A DNA stretch of 63,819 nucleotides, the filler included, from Theionarchaea archaeon (GTDB lineage Archaea > Methanobacteriota_B > Thermococci > Methanofastidiosales > SZ-28-30): assembly GCA_018992565.1 (NCBI GenBank). It is 3 parts of 3 records of this genome, joined end to end, with 100 filler letters (N's around TTAATTAATTAA, not from the genome) between each part and the next. Parts side by side here need not be neighbours in the genome. Positions count along the whole stretch, not along the records: positions 1 to 22,077 come from JACVGW010000045.1; 2 more parts are not named here. One strand, 5' to 3'. The notes under the pieces are model-generated. The model had not been told where the DNA came from. It searched no databases and was given only the letters and a program-made list of their open reading frames with translations. Positions 9,158 to 20,173 of the stretch are shown piece after piece (the first letter of the stretch is position 1; every line of letters begins with the position of its first letter). Made by a program: the position numbers and the translations under genes.

Positions 9158-10342
9158 GTGCATATATGTGATATTGCTCCCTTTGGTGTCTATCCTCCGC
9201 GTGGGGGAGGGCACAGCAGGATTCACTCTCTGAACCTGCAGGCATCACAGAGAGGGCACACTGTTTTTTTGTTTTCACAGGGTATCAGGAAATTTGAACT
9301 TGAATTCCCCTTGAAATCATGGACTACCCAAATCAATGAGGGATATACTGAATATCGCTATGTCAGTATGCTTTCTCTGGCTGCAGCTTTCTTCACAGGA
9401 AGTGCGGGTGCTCCCCCCCTCTTCGCGGGAGATGTGCTTGGTATTATGCGCCCGTCTATTTTGAGGAGAGAGGTCTTGAAGAGTGATGTGGTGAAGGTGG
9501 AACACCCCTGGCAGGTGGACTATGTGAAGAGTATTGCAGGGGATCTGCCGGTAGTAGTAGTTGAGGCGAATGTGGAATGTGACTTGCTGCAGCAGACATT
9601 GAATAGAAGAGTCGCCTATTCTGAATATCTGTACAGAAAAGCAGTGGACAAGGAGCAATCTGCTCTTTCCCTGGCTGATGCCGTGGTAGTAACCTCTTCA
9701 CAGGACAAAGAGACTATCAAGCAGGAATTTGACATAAAGGGTGAAGTCCATGTTATACCTAATGGGGTTGATGTATCTTTGATTCACCCTGTATCTACAC
9801 CTGAGAGGCAGAGGGAAAAGGAAAGACTGGGATTCTCCAGTAGAAAGGTTGTACTGTTCACGGGATCTGGCCATCCGCCCAATCGAGAAGCAGTCCAGCA
9901 CATAGTGAAGATGGCTCGTGAGTTGCCAGATGTCCTCTTTGTAGTGGCAGGAAGGGTAGGAGATTTTTTCACTAGTAAAAGAAATGTTCTTTTCACAGGA
10001 TATGTGGAGGATATTACTCCATTCTTGGGAGCTGCAGATATTGCTGTGAACCCTGTAACGTCAGGGAGTGGAACGAACCTTAAGATGCTGGAGTATATGG
10101 CGGCCGGTCTCCCCGTGGTATCTACTGTGACAGGTGTGAGAGGGCTGCAGGTGGAGCCAGGAGTTCATGCCCTGATCCGGGACCTTGGAGAATTCTCTTC
10201 TGCATTCAGTACTATCCTGGAAGATGATGACCTCAGAGAGACTCTGAGCAAAAACGGGAGAACTCTTGTAGAGGAGACGTATGACTGGAAAAAGATTGGT
10301 GGAAGAGAGCTGGACATCCTACACCAGCTCATGAGGTCTTGA
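9158..10342 (+). CDS. Glycosyltransferase family 4
   Basis: VIPNGVD, SGSGTNLKMLEYMAAGLPVVST. Confidence 0.93.
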   Translation: MHICDIAPFGVYPPRGGGHSRIHSLNLQASQRGHTVFLFSQGIRKFELEFPLKSWTTQINEGYTEYRYVSMLSLAAAFFTGSAGAPPLFAGDVLGIMRPSILRREVLKSDVVKVEHPWQVDYVKSIAGDLPVVVVEANVECDLLQQTLNRRVAYSEYLYRKAVDKEQSALSLADAVVVTSSQDKETIKQEFDIKGEVHVIPNGVDVSLIHPVSTPERQREKERLGFSSRKVVLFTGSGHPPNREAVQHIVKMARELPDVLFVVAGRVGDFFTSKRNVLFTGYVEDITPFLGAADIAVNPVTSGSGTNLKMLEYMAAGLPVVSTVTGVRGLQVEPGVHALIRDLGEFSSAFSTILEDDDLRETLSKNGRTLVEETYDWKKIGGRELDILHQLMRS

Positions 10343-10996
10343 ATACAGCATCTTTAATCCCATGCAGAATTGATTTGACTACAGGAGCCTTTCCCTTCAG
10401 AGTATAAACAATGAGCTTCCTCTTAACCCACCCTGCGTAAAATAGTGATGCTGTTATCCTCTTGAGGCCCTCACAGTACTTTCTGATGAATATATACCTG
10501 TTTCTCACAAAATAGTATGCCATATGAGGACTGAACTCTCCTCCCGTGCTCCGGGCAATCTTGTGCCATGCCTTACCTTGAGGGATATACACACTGGTAA
10601 ATCCTTTCCTGGAACATCGCGCGCAAAAGTCTGTTTCCTCAAAATAGGCAAAATACATTGGATCAAGAACACCCACCGTCTCAAGGACTTCTCTCTTTAT
10701 CAGGAAAGCACACCCTGAAATATAATCCACTTCCCCCTCGTCATATTTCTCGTCAACGCAACCTCGCCCTCGTTCTCTGGTCTTTCCCGTCCACCAGTTG
10801 ATAACACCTCCTGCGGCCTGTATTCTGGTGGGATCAGTATAGTAGTACAGGGTAGGGCCTGCAATGCCTGCTTTCTCGTGATGGTTCACCCCATTAACCA
10901 GCTCAGAGAGAAGAGAAGGGTCAACCACAGTGTCATTATTCAACAGGAAGACATAATCTGCCTCGCAGGTGTGAAGAGCGAATTGAATGCCAATGT
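10329..10996 (-). CDS. Glycosyltransferase family 2, 5' end lost in gap
   Basis: LLNNDTVVD, SGCAFLI, YFAYFEETDFC. The frame is open up to the gap at 10997. Confidence 0.9.
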
Positions 10997-11096
10997 NNNN
11001 NNNNNNNNNNNNNNNNNNNNNNNNNNNNNNNNNNNNNNNNNNNNNNNNNNNNNNNNNNNNNNNNNNNNNNNNNNNNNNNNNNNNNNNNNNNNNNNN

Positions 11097-12313
11097 TACA
11101 CCTCTTCATTTCTTGCCTTTCTGTAATGAAAAACTTTCCTCAGGAATTTCTCAGGCCAGCAGCAGGAATCAGCCTTGAAAATCCAGTGTTCCACCGTGTC
11201 TTTGTAGTGAGGTGATGTGTGAATGTATTGCCTTTCCATGAGGATCGCCTTTGTCTTTTTTATAAAGGAGCCAAGTGATTTCCTGGCCAACATATGATCA
11301 AGCCGTATGAATTGCAGCACCATGTACATATATGAAGGTAGAAACATCACAATATACCGTAAAGGGAAATACTTCAAAATGACATAGAGTTTGTTTCTGG
11401 TCTGGTAGTATCGTGTGGTGGCAGATAGATTTCCGGATACGCCTCGATTATGGTATGCTCGTGAGGTAGGTACCATGACCGCTTTGTGACCTGCCAGTCT
11501 GATTCGCCAGGAAAGGTCCACGTCCTCAAATATTAGAAAGAGATCGGGATCAAAGAGTCCTGCCTCCTCCAAGACATGCTTTTTTATAATCTCTGCTGCT
11601 GCACAGGCTCCAAATATTTCATGTACTGTATTAAACCGCCCATCATCCTTCTTACCGAAAAAGATATCTCGAATAGCTCCATCTGAGTATAATTCCTGAC
11701 CTACAGAATCGATGTAGTGAGGATCTGACTTTCTGAGTAGTTTGGGTTGAGCAACTCCTATGTCATGATTGTTTTCGCAGGTAACAACAAGTTCTGTGAG
11801 AAATGAGGGATCTACCACAATATCGTTATTTAACAGGAGGATATAGTCTGGGTTCATTCTTAGAGCAAACCGGATACCAATGTTATTCCCTTCTGCAAAC
11901 CCGTAGTTCTTCTCGTTGCTGATGATGGTTATACCTCGCGTCAGGTGTGGTGTGATGACTTCTGATTCTTCTCTGGTCAATATTTCAATGCTGAATGTCT
12001 TTGAGGCGTCAATGTGAGATGTTATACTACTTATGCAATCAAGTTCCGAGCTATTATCAACTAGAAGAATGGCTAGAGGGTCATAATTGGTATTATACAA
12101 AGATTGTAGACATTCTATGGTATCCTTCGGGCTGCCCCAGTGCAGGATCACCACCACGACTGAAGGGTTTTCATGGTAGCCTAATCCTGGTTTGGGAGTA
12201 TTGGTTGTGGATTTGTCCTCCTTTTTTCTGTCAAGACCCTCGGACACAGCATCAGGGTTGGTGTTCCCTTTATTGTCATGTGGTTCAGAATGACCCACGA
12301 CCTCACTGCACAT
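11097..12313 (-). CDS. Glycosyltransferase family 2, 3' end in gap
   Basis: VVVILHW, NYGFAEGNN, LLNNDIVVD, FEDVDLSWR. Confidence 0.92.
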
Positions 12314-12522
12314 GATTGTACCTCTCCGAGTGGATTCTTAAGGGTTTGGAGTCGTGTTGACTGCTCTTGTACTGCGATGACAGTTACCACAGGAATCCAC
12401 AGCTTTTGCCGTGTGGTCAAATCAAACATTCCTATTGATTGATCAGTCACAGGTTACGCCTCTCAATTCATATTTGCAGGACAGAAGACTGGAAGCACAA
12501 AAATTCAGGAGAATTCCATTCA

Positions 12523-13308
12523 TTAGAGGACTCCCATTCCGCTGGAATATCCCATTTTTCTCCTTGATGCTCTGCACCAGGATCCAGTTTTCGTTCCAAT
12601 GAAGAAGACTGAAATGAAGGTTAGTATAATGGGGAAAACCAGCAAGAATGCTCTTGAAGACATATGCCCTATGACGTATGTATAGCTCTTATAAAGGATA
12701 TAGATAGTATGACCTGCTGAGCTGAAAGTGACAAGTGATTTCGCTGAAGAGCTATTATCTCTCTCATGAAATGCTCCTGCATATACCCCTAAGAAAAATA
12801 ATCCCACAGAACCCAGGATAACTAACCGTAAGAACGTTGAAAGACGATCATAGGTGAGTAATTGAGTATATGCACAGCCGATGAAATTGTAGTCAACGAG
12901 AAGACTAGTTCCCCCTATGAGAACTATCCATTCCCAGGAATTCAAGTACAGTTCCTCTTTCTTCTTTTGAGTGACTATTCTCCTTATTATTGCACCTGTC
13001 ATGCCAAATAAAGCACAAAAAACACTAGAAAAAACAAGATCATAGAAGATCATGGGGAAGATGATGCCAATGAGAACTGTTATAATGGAGAATCCAGCAA
13101 AACAAACGATAAGTGCTCTTCTTGGAGAAAATCCTGAAATCATGCCTATGAACACACCGAGAAGTGTGACAAAGGTGGAGTGTCCTATAGGAATTAGGTG
13201 CTGAAATCCAATTAGCCACAAATACCATAGTGATGCGATCAAAAGAATCCAGAAAATCGAAAAAGCTGCTGATTTAATCTTCTGAAGATTGATTTTCATG
13301 ATAACCAC
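12523..13308 (-). CDS. Polytopic membrane protein, hypothetical
   Basis: About 8 hydrophobic helices; start overlaps the stop of the upstream ORF. Confidence 0.75.
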   Translation of the reverse strand: MVIMKINLQKIKSAAFSIFWILLIASLWYLWLIGFQHLIPIGHSTFVTLLGVFIGMISGFSPRRALIVCFAGFSIITVLIGIIFPMIFYDLVFSSVFCALFGMTGAIIRRIVTQKKKEELYLNSWEWIVLIGGTSLLVDYNFIGCAYTQLLTYDRLSTFLRLVILGSVGLFFLGVYAGAFHERDNSSSAKSLVTFSSAGHTIYILYKSYTYVIGHMSSRAFLLVFPIILTFISVFFIGTKTGSWCRASRRKMGYSSGMGVL

Positions 13309-14471
13309 TTCACATTTTCTATGCTAAACAGCAGTCTTCCTCTGTCAGTTCTGACTATAAGGGTTTGGGTTCCCTTTTCTCCGTGTTGTGTTTCGTTCAT
13401 AATGACTCGAGTTTCGTCCTTGTTTCTATTGTAGATGAGGTGAACCTTGCTTTTCTCAATAGTGAGAGACTGGTTGAGGATCACGACATTGTTATTCTCA
13501 ATGACATACTCGATCTTGAATGAATTACGAGGGGGAGTGGCTGGTTCGCCATTGTACTTTAGACCAGTGATTTCTAGTTCGAGATTATGATTGCTGTGGA
13601 TGATTTCAAGCGTGATTTCTGTGACATTTTCCGTATCATCAGTCAAAGTGTATTCCTGAATTTTTCTTCCTCTTCGCTCGCTCTCGATTACAGAAATATC
13701 AACAACGGAATCGAGATTATCTGTTGCCCTGATTATGAAGTTCTGACTTTCAGGATCAAAAAATATTTCACATTCAGGTGGTGTATGATCCAGTAGGTAG
13801 CTGATCTGGAGTTCATTGTTGAATTCACATGGTTCAGGGATAACATTTGTCGGATCAACAACTGCAGAGAAGGTATACAAACCCTCAGGTAGCGAAAAGC
13901 GCAGAGAAACGAACGCTGTCTTGCCAGAAGGTATTGTCACTAATTGTTCTCCCAACAGACTACCTTCATACGGCAACCCATCATAGAAGTAAATGGGAAC
14001 CATGGCTGCATCAACTAATCCCATGTTTGAAACAACTGCTGTCAGTGTAACATCTCCCTGACTATCTAGCACTTCAATATCCTCAATCACCAATTCAGAC
14101 CTGAAAGAAGCAATCAGATCCATGCTGGCTGTCAAAGTGTAGTCTTCCAGGCAAAATGCTTCAACCCGGATGCTGTAGTCCTGTTCCAGAAGTTCGACGG
14201 GGCTGGTCACTGTGAGAAGAATAGTTGCAGACTCGCCTGCATTCAGCATCATTGTGGTCTCTGAAAGTGTGTAGGACCAATCAGGCGGAACTCCTATGTC
14301 AATTGAGAAAGTCGACGGGTCTCCTTTGTTCTCAAGAAGCAGTTGATAGGTTATGTCTGTTCCTCTCTGTAGCGGTGTGTATTCTATTAATGTGCACCTA
14401 CTTAACCCTTTCGGTTTCATCCAACCAACAAATCCCGGCAGACCATTACTTCTTAAAACCGTTGATATCAA
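13296..14471 (-). CDS. Ig-like NEW3/CARDB-domain protein, probably a 5'-truncated remnant of a surface protein
   Basis: LENKGD..PPDWSY (NEW3-like) and VSNMG..AVVDPTNVIPEPCEFNN (CARDB). No convincing start or signal peptide. Confidence 0.7.
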   Translation of the reverse strand: MISTVLRSNGLPGFVGWMKPKGLSRCTLIEYTPLQRGTDITYQLLLENKGDPSTFSIDIGVPPDWSYTLSETTMMLNAGESATILLTVTSPVELLEQDYSIRVEAFCLEDYTLTASMDLIASFRSELVIEDIEVLDSQGDVTLTAVVSNMGLVDAAMVPIYFYDGLPYEGSLLGEQLVTIPSGKTAFVSLRFSLPEGLYTFSAVVDPTNVIPEPCEFNNELQISYLLDHTPPECEIFFDPESQNFIIRATDNLDSVVDISVIESERRGRKIQEYTLTDDTENVTEITLEIIHSNHNLELEITGLKYNGEPATPPRNSFKIEYVIENNNVVILNQSLTIEKSKVHLIYNRNKDETRVIMNETQHGEKGTQTLIVRTDRGRLLFSIENVKWLS

Positions 14472-14565
14472 CTGTAGAATTCACGAAGACCTCATCTTGG
14501 AGGATCAAACCCTTGAGACACACTTCAATGAGAACCTTATTAAGTGCAGGTCAAGAATCCTCCAC

Positions 14566-16167
14566 ATGGTACATGCCTTGGTCATTGGGCTGGATGGCGC
14601 TGCCTGGGATGTTCTCACCCCTTTGATACAGAAAGGAGAACTGCCCACCTTCAAGAACCTCATGAACGCATGTGTATATGGCCCCCTGACCTCCACCATC
14701 CCTCCCGTGACAGGCCCATCCTGGGTCTCGGTAGCTACTGGGAGAAACCCTGGAAAAACAGGCATCATTGACTTCATCAACAGGAAAGATTCATCTACCA
14801 GGTTGTTCCCCGTGAATGCATCCGACTTTAGGGGCATGTCTTTCTGGGACTACCTCAGCTCCAGAGGTTACAAAGTGGGGATCGTAAACTTCCCCATGCT
14901 GTGGCCCCCTTATCCTGTCAATGGATTCATGGTTTCAGGACTTCACCTCCTACCCTCTGACACCATAACCTATCCCCACTCCCTAAGAGAAGAAATTGAC
15001 CGCGTTACAGGAGGCTATGAGACCACTGTTGACTATCATCTAAAAAAATATAACGATAAAGACCTGTTATTCAATGATATAATGAGAGCCCTGGATAAGA
15101 GGGCAAGGACAGTCTACTATCTAATGGAGAACTATCCTGTGGACTTATTTGTTGCCATTTTTTCCTGTACCGACTGGATCCAGCATGTCTTCTGGAAGTA
15201 TTTCGATAAATCACATCCTGATTATAAAGAAAACTCCCCATACACTCACGATTTTGTCACCTTCTGGAAGAAGATAGATGAGATCGTTGGTTCCATGATA
15301 GCGCAGGCCGGACCTGATGCCACAGTAATAATCCTATCAGATCATGGGTTTGGACCCAATGACCAGTGTTTCAACCTGGCCCGATGGCTTCACGAGAAGA
15401 ATTACATGGTCATACGGGAGGGGGAACCTGTATCCTGGAATGCTGCTCTAGAAAAGACGAAAAATAGACTCAACAGAGGACCGGGGACTCTCATTATCAA
15501 GGGGGGGAGGTTACTACTCAGGGGAATTCGGGGTCTCAAGCGTAAGATCAATCCCTTGTGGGGACATGGTCACTCCCTGGTTTTCACAGGGTTGAACATT
15601 GATTTTGAAGCAAGCAGGGCATACTGCCTGGGACATACCATACCTTTTGGAGCAATCTACATTCCGGAAGGGCAGCATCATGAAGAGACCAAGACGAAGA
15701 TAATCCATGACCTGAATAGACTGGGCGAAGAGACAGGAAAAGATGTCACGGTGGAGATATTCTTACCAGAAAACCTCTTTGAGGGACCCAGGAAAAGAGG
15801 GCTACCTGATATCCTATTTTCCATTAACAACTGGAAGTGTGTCATAACTGAGACAGACATCAAGAAGCCCCTCTTCATTGAGAGACCATACTCAGAAAGG
15901 CATTCAGGTTCACACAGGATGAATGGAATACTGGCAGCATGCGGACCTCACATCAAGAAGGGTATTGTACATGCTTCTGTTTACGACATTGCTCCCACGT
16001 TACTCTCTCTATTTGGAATACCTGTACCAGATGACATGGACGGGACTGTAATATCTCAGATAGCGCCTGAGAAAGCTCAATTTCTGGGAGAAAAGCCCGA
16101 TACCAACCATGAAAAGGAAAAAATCCTGGAAAAGATAGCGAGGCTGAAAGAAGAAGATAAATTGTAG
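14566..16167 (+). CDS. Alkaline phosphatase superfamily (AlkP/phosphodiesterase-type) protein
   Basis: VIGLDGA, STIPPVTGPSW..TGRNPGKTG, SDHGF, SGSHRMNG, DIAPT. Confidence 0.92.
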   Translation: MVHALVIGLDGAAWDVLTPLIQKGELPTFKNLMNACVYGPLTSTIPPVTGPSWVSVATGRNPGKTGIIDFINRKDSSTRLFPVNASDFRGMSFWDYLSSRGYKVGIVNFPMLWPPYPVNGFMVSGLHLLPSDTITYPHSLREEIDRVTGGYETTVDYHLKKYNDKDLLFNDIMRALDKRARTVYYLMENYPVDLFVAIFSCTDWIQHVFWKYFDKSHPDYKENSPYTHDFVTFWKKIDEIVGSMIAQAGPDATVIILSDHGFGPNDQCFNLARWLHEKNYMVIREGEPVSWNAALEKTKNRLNRGPGTLIIKGGRLLLRGIRGLKRKINPLWGHGHSLVFTGLNIDFEASRAYCLGHTIPFGAIYIPEGQHHEETKTKIIHDLNRLGEETGKDVTVEIFLPENLFEGPRKRGLPDILFSINNWKCVITETDIKKPLFIERPYSERHSGSHRMNGILAACGPHIKKGIVHASVYDIAPTLLSLFGIPVPDDMDGTVISQIAPEKAQFLGEKPDTNHEKEKILEKIARLKEEDKL

Positions 16168-16174
16168 TGATTTT

Positions 16175-16957
16175 ATGGAATTCCATGGTATTATACCTGA
16201 CAGACCCCGCCACTATATAACCAGACAGCACATCATGCGATATGCATTCGCTTCCACATACGTTACGGGTAAGAAGGTGCTGGATATTGCCTGCGGGGCT
16301 GGATATGGGTCCAGTTATCTGGCGGGATGCGGAGCTTCCATGGTGGTGGGAATGGACATATCTGAGAGTGCACTCACATATGCCTGCAGCCACTACGTAA
16401 GAGATAACCTCCATTTCTTACAAGGCAACGCGGTACAGCTACCTTTTGAGAGTGATGAATTCGATGTGGTAGTATCCTTTGAAACCATAGAACACGTTAC
16501 TCAGGTTGAAGAATATATGAAGGAAATGAGGAGAGTTCTTTCACCGCATGGTGTATTCATATGCTCCACGCCACATGTCAAGTATACGCGACACCCTGCA
16601 TACCATGTGAAGGAGTTTTTTCCTGAGGAATTCTTCAGGTTACTTGAAGACAACTTCTATCATGTTGAGAGGTATGCCCAGTTCATTACTGTGGTGACAC
16701 GGATACATGACATCATCCCGATTACAGAGTATTTTAACAAGTTGACCACGCGAATAAAGCATTCACTGCCTTTCAAGAGCAGGTTAAAGACTATGAGAGA
16801 CAGAATAATCCCCTCTTCCTCATGTCAGCAGACGTATGAGATTACCTCAGCAGATACAGCAGCCTTCAGAAGAGAAAGGGTTACCTCTTTGAAAGAGAAA
16901 GGATACTCTGATCTGGTGAGGATCATGGTTGCTGTCTGCGGGAAAGGAGGTGAATAA
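16175..16957 (+). CDS. Class I SAM-dependent methyltransferase
   Basis: VLDIACGAGYG, FDVVVSFETIEH, STP. Confidence 0.93.
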   Translation: MEFHGIIPDRPRHYITRQHIMRYAFASTYVTGKKVLDIACGAGYGSSYLAGCGASMVVGMDISESALTYACSHYVRDNLHFLQGNAVQLPFESDEFDVVVSFETIEHVTQVEEYMKEMRRVLSPHGVFICSTPHVKYTRHPAYHVKEFFPEEFFRLLEDNFYHVERYAQFITVVTRIHDIIPITEYFNKLTTRIKHSLPFKSRLKTMRDRIIPSSSCQQTYEITSADTAAFRRERVTSLKEKGYSDLVRIMVAVCGKGGE

Positions 16958-18168
16958 TGAAGGTAGGGATTATCACTGATGGACTGGAATATGCCCCCTT
17001 GAGCATTCGAAGTTACATTGAAAACCTGGCAAGGGCCCTCCTGAAAATCCATGGTGATGACATCATACTCCTTCACAGACAGAAGAGCTCTCATCCTCTC
17101 TACAGAGAAGGTAAAGAAATACTCCTCCCCGTGATTGATAAGGGGTCATTATATAATCCTGTGTCATTTGTGAGAAGAAGAATACATGATTTCTTCTACT
17201 ATGTGAAGATACGTGACTCACTGGAAGAACAGGGGATTGATGTGCTGCACTTTCCGGATCTGGGAAGGCCTGCTCCTCCTTTGTGTGCAGCTACACTCCC
17301 CCTGAGAATAGTGGTGACAAATCACGGCATGGCCCAGTTGTCACTCCCTGCCAGGTTATGTTACGGGAGAACAGTGAGTATGCAGCAGGTTATTGAACTG
17401 AAAGAATTCTTGAAGTGGAGACTCATCTTCGCCAAAAGATGTGAGGCCCTTATTACTGTTTCTGAAAGTGAAAAGAGGATTCTGTGTGAAAAGGGTTCTT
17501 TCCCTGAAGAGAAAGTGCATGTTATCTACCATGGTGTCTCCCCAGACTTTGGCCCGCAACCTATAACCACGGTTGAAATTGTGCTTAAGAAGTACGGAAT
17601 TGAACGCCCCTATGTACTCCACACCAGTGCGTATCAACCCAAAAAGAATACGAAAAGAGTGGTCAAGGCCTTTGACACCCTTGAAACAGATCACTCACTG
17701 GTGATAGTTGGACCTGAACAGGCTATTCAAACAATCGGTGAGGTGAAAAAGAAAGATAAAGTAATCATGGTTGGATTTGTGGACAAGAAGGATTTGATTT
17801 CGTTATACAGTGGAGCTGAGGCATTTGTATTTCCTTCTCTTCACGAGAGTTTTGGAATGCCCATAGTAGAGGCCATGGCGTGTGGGTGCCCGGTGGTTAC
17901 CTCCCACGAGTTTTCAATGCCAGAAGTGGCAGGAGATGCAGCTGTCCTGGTTAACCCATACTCTCTTGAGGATATCACATCTGGACTGAGAAAGGTTCTG
18001 ACTGACCTCACCTTTCGAGAAGAATTGAGAGAAAGAGGACTGAAAAGGGTGCAGAAGTTCTCCTGGGAAAGAAGTGCAGAAGAACACTGGAAAGTCTATG
18101 AAAAGGTTTGTTATAATGATCATGGATGCGCCCAGGATTTAAATAGGCAAAGCGTAAGAAGGACATAA
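16957..18168 (+). CDS. Glycosyltransferase family 4
   Basis: [33 protein letters not shown]; translationally coupled to the upstream gene. Confidence 0.94.
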   Translation: MKVGIITDGLEYAPLSIRSYIENLARALLKIHGDDIILLHRQKSSHPLYREGKEILLPVIDKGSLYNPVSFVRRRIHDFFYYVKIRDSLEEQGIDVLHFPDLGRPAPPLCAATLPLRIVVTNHGMAQLSLPARLCYGRTVSMQQVIELKEFLKWRLIFAKRCEALITVSESEKRILCEKGSFPEEKVHVIYHGVSPDFGPQPITTVEIVLKKYGIERPYVLHTSAYQPKKNTKRVVKAFDTLETDHSLVIVGPEQAIQTIGEVKKKDKVIMVGFVDKKDLISLYSGAEAFVFPSLHESFGMPIVEAMACGCPVVTSHEFSMPEVAGDAAVLVNPYSLEDITSGLRKVLTDLTFREELRERGLKRVQKFSWERSAEEHWKVYEKVCYNDHGCAQDLNRQSVRRT

Positions 18169-18227
18169 TAATATGGATAAAGGGTGAATTCACATCCTGA
18201 CAACCGTGAGGAATTTGAGGTGGTACC

Positions 18228-18935
18228 ATGAAGGAACATGAATCCTCTGAAGAGCTTGGATGGAGAGCGATCCTCCGATTCGTGATGTATTTGCTGCTGA
18301 TGCCCCTGATTCTATTCATTGCTGCAGGTACTGTACACTGGACCATGGGCTGGATGTACATACTTCTGTCTTATGCCTTCACTGCAGTCAGTAGAATAGT
18401 CGTTTTTTACAGGAATCCTGAAACACTGAGAGAGCGTGGAAGATTTCTTGAAGCAGAAAATGTCAGGAACTGGGACAAAGTGCTCCTCCTATGTGCTGCA
18501 CTACTTGGCCCTCTCTTCATGTTCATTGTGGCAGGGCTTGACTTCAGATTTTCCCTGTCACCAGATATTCCCAGTTCGATTCAATCATTGGCTGTCATCC
18601 TTGTCATCGTAGGATATGTGATCGCGGGCTGGGCTATGATCGTTAATAGGTTCTTTTCTGCTGTGGTCAGAATTCAGAGAGAACGGAATCAGACTGCTGT
18701 GAGAGATGGACCTTACAAATTCGTGCGTCATCCGGGGTATCTCGGAGGAATACTGAGCATACTTTCAATACCTGTGATGCTCGGTTCTCTATGGGCACTG
18801 CTACCAGCAGCATTTGTCGCAGGTCTAACCATTATACGAACATCCTTCGAGGACAAAGCTTTGAAAGAGGAACTTGATGGGTACAAAGAGTACTCCCAGG
18901 AGGTAAAGTACCGGTTGCTTCCCGGCATCTGGTAG
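18228..18935 (+). CDS. Isoprenylcysteine carboxyl methyltransferase (ICMT/PEMT) family membrane protein
   Basis: GPYKFVRHPGY, RT..ED..L, YRLLPGIW. Confidence 0.92.
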   Translation: MKEHESSEELGWRAILRFVMYLLLMPLILFIAAGTVHWTMGWMYILLSYAFTAVSRIVVFYRNPETLRERGRFLEAENVRNWDKVLLLCAALLGPLFMFIVAGLDFRFSLSPDIPSSIQSLAVILVIVGYVIAGWAMIVNRFFSAVVRIQRERNQTAVRDGPYKFVRHPGYLGGILSILSIPVMLGSLWALLPAAFVAGLTIIRTSFEDKALKEELDGYKEYSQEVKYRLLPGIW

Positions 18936-18971
18936 GTGCTATGGCGACTATTACATGACGTCCAGTACTGA

Positions 18972-19895
18972 CTAGTGCACCTCTTCTTTCACTTTTTTCA
19001 TTTTTCTGTACACGAGTGCTACAAGTATGATAAGTGCAACAGCAGAAATCGCAAACAAGAAACCAGAAAGTGACCCAGGAGAAGTCCCTTTGGTGACTGG
19101 TTGGGGTTCTTCCGGTTCTGTGACCTCACCTGGCGATTCAGATTCCTCTGGTTCTTCAGCAGCTTTCTTAGGAAAGAGTCTGAATGCATCATACGAATGG
19201 TTTCCCTTTTCCAGTTCTTCCTTCAGGTCAAATACAGCAACATCCTCGAAATTTTGCTTGTTATAGAAGTAGGCGGTTCTGTGAACTGGATCATAAATCG
19301 TGGAATACGTTGTGCCCTGGTTGCAGGTAGCTCTTACAACTTCCAGAAAGTACTCCACAGTCAGATGATCCTCACTCTTGATGTATGACAGCATCTCTGA
19401 CGCAGTATTATACCTCCAGCAAGGATATCCCTGGTTTCTTTGAAGAAGGTTGAAGTTGGTGGTTACCTGGTATACACCTGCCTTGCTGACTACCTTCATC
19501 TTCCCATCAGTACCAGGACACAACGCCATGGAGTTTCCTTCTGCATCAGCAAACAAGAATTGCATGTCACCAAGTGAAGACAGATCATACTGCTCAATGA
19601 ACTGCATTGCCTCGTCAACATTTTTGCAGTTCCTCAGAACGGTTTCACCAAAGACTCCGCCATTGACTATCGGNNNNNNNNNNNNNNNNNNNNNNNNNNN
19701 NNNNNNNNNNNNNNNNNNNNNNNNNNNNNNNNNNNNNNNNNNNNNNNNNNNNNNNNNNNNNNNNNNNNNNNNNATAGAAGCAGTAAAGACAGTGCAGGAT
19801 TCGGGAGTCATTTCTGCGAAATTGAGATTTTCACTGGAATGGTCTACCATGATTATTAAAACGAAAATCCATAATATCGCTATTATTCTCTTCAT
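18972..19895 (-). CDS. Membrane-anchored secreted Ntn-hydrolase (choloylglycine hydrolase/C45-like); spans an N gap
   Basis: Signal peptide, putative N-terminal nucleophile SCTVFTAS, ADAEG, TNF, CWRY, TYSTIYD, Pro/Glu linker and C-terminal TM. Confidence 0.8.
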   Translation of the reverse strand: MKRIIAILWIFVLIIMVDHSSENLNFAEMTPESCTVFTASXXXXXXXXXXXXXXXXXXXXXXXXXXXXXXXXXXPIVNGGVFGETVLRNCKNVDEAMQFIEQYDLSSLGDMQFLFADAEGNSMALCPGTDGKMKVVSKAGVYQVTTNFNLLQRNQGYPCWRYNTASEMLSYIKSEDHLTVEYFLEVVRATCNQGTTYSTIYDPVHRTAYFYNKQNFEDVAVFDLKEELEKGNHSYDAFRLFPKKAAEEPEESESPGEVTEPEEPQPVTKGTSPGSLSGFLFAISAVALIILVALVYRKMKKVKEEVH

Positions 19896-20173
19896 TTGGA
19901 TTCCTCAGTTCTTTGGTGCTCTCTGGCTCTTTTAAACCTTGTCGTCAAGGAGAGATATGCCTGGGGCTTCTGTACGGAGGCTGGTCAACGAGAGAGTGTA
20001 TGAGCTCATTGGAGAACCTGCAAAAGGTTTCCATCCACCTGCAGCCATCCGGAGCATTTAAATAGATGACAGAGAAAGATCATGGTATGACTGACCAGGA
20101 CAGAGATAGATTCATATTCCGGCTGGGATACTGTGAGGCTGGCAGCGTGGCGGAGTCATGGTAAGGTGTTGAT

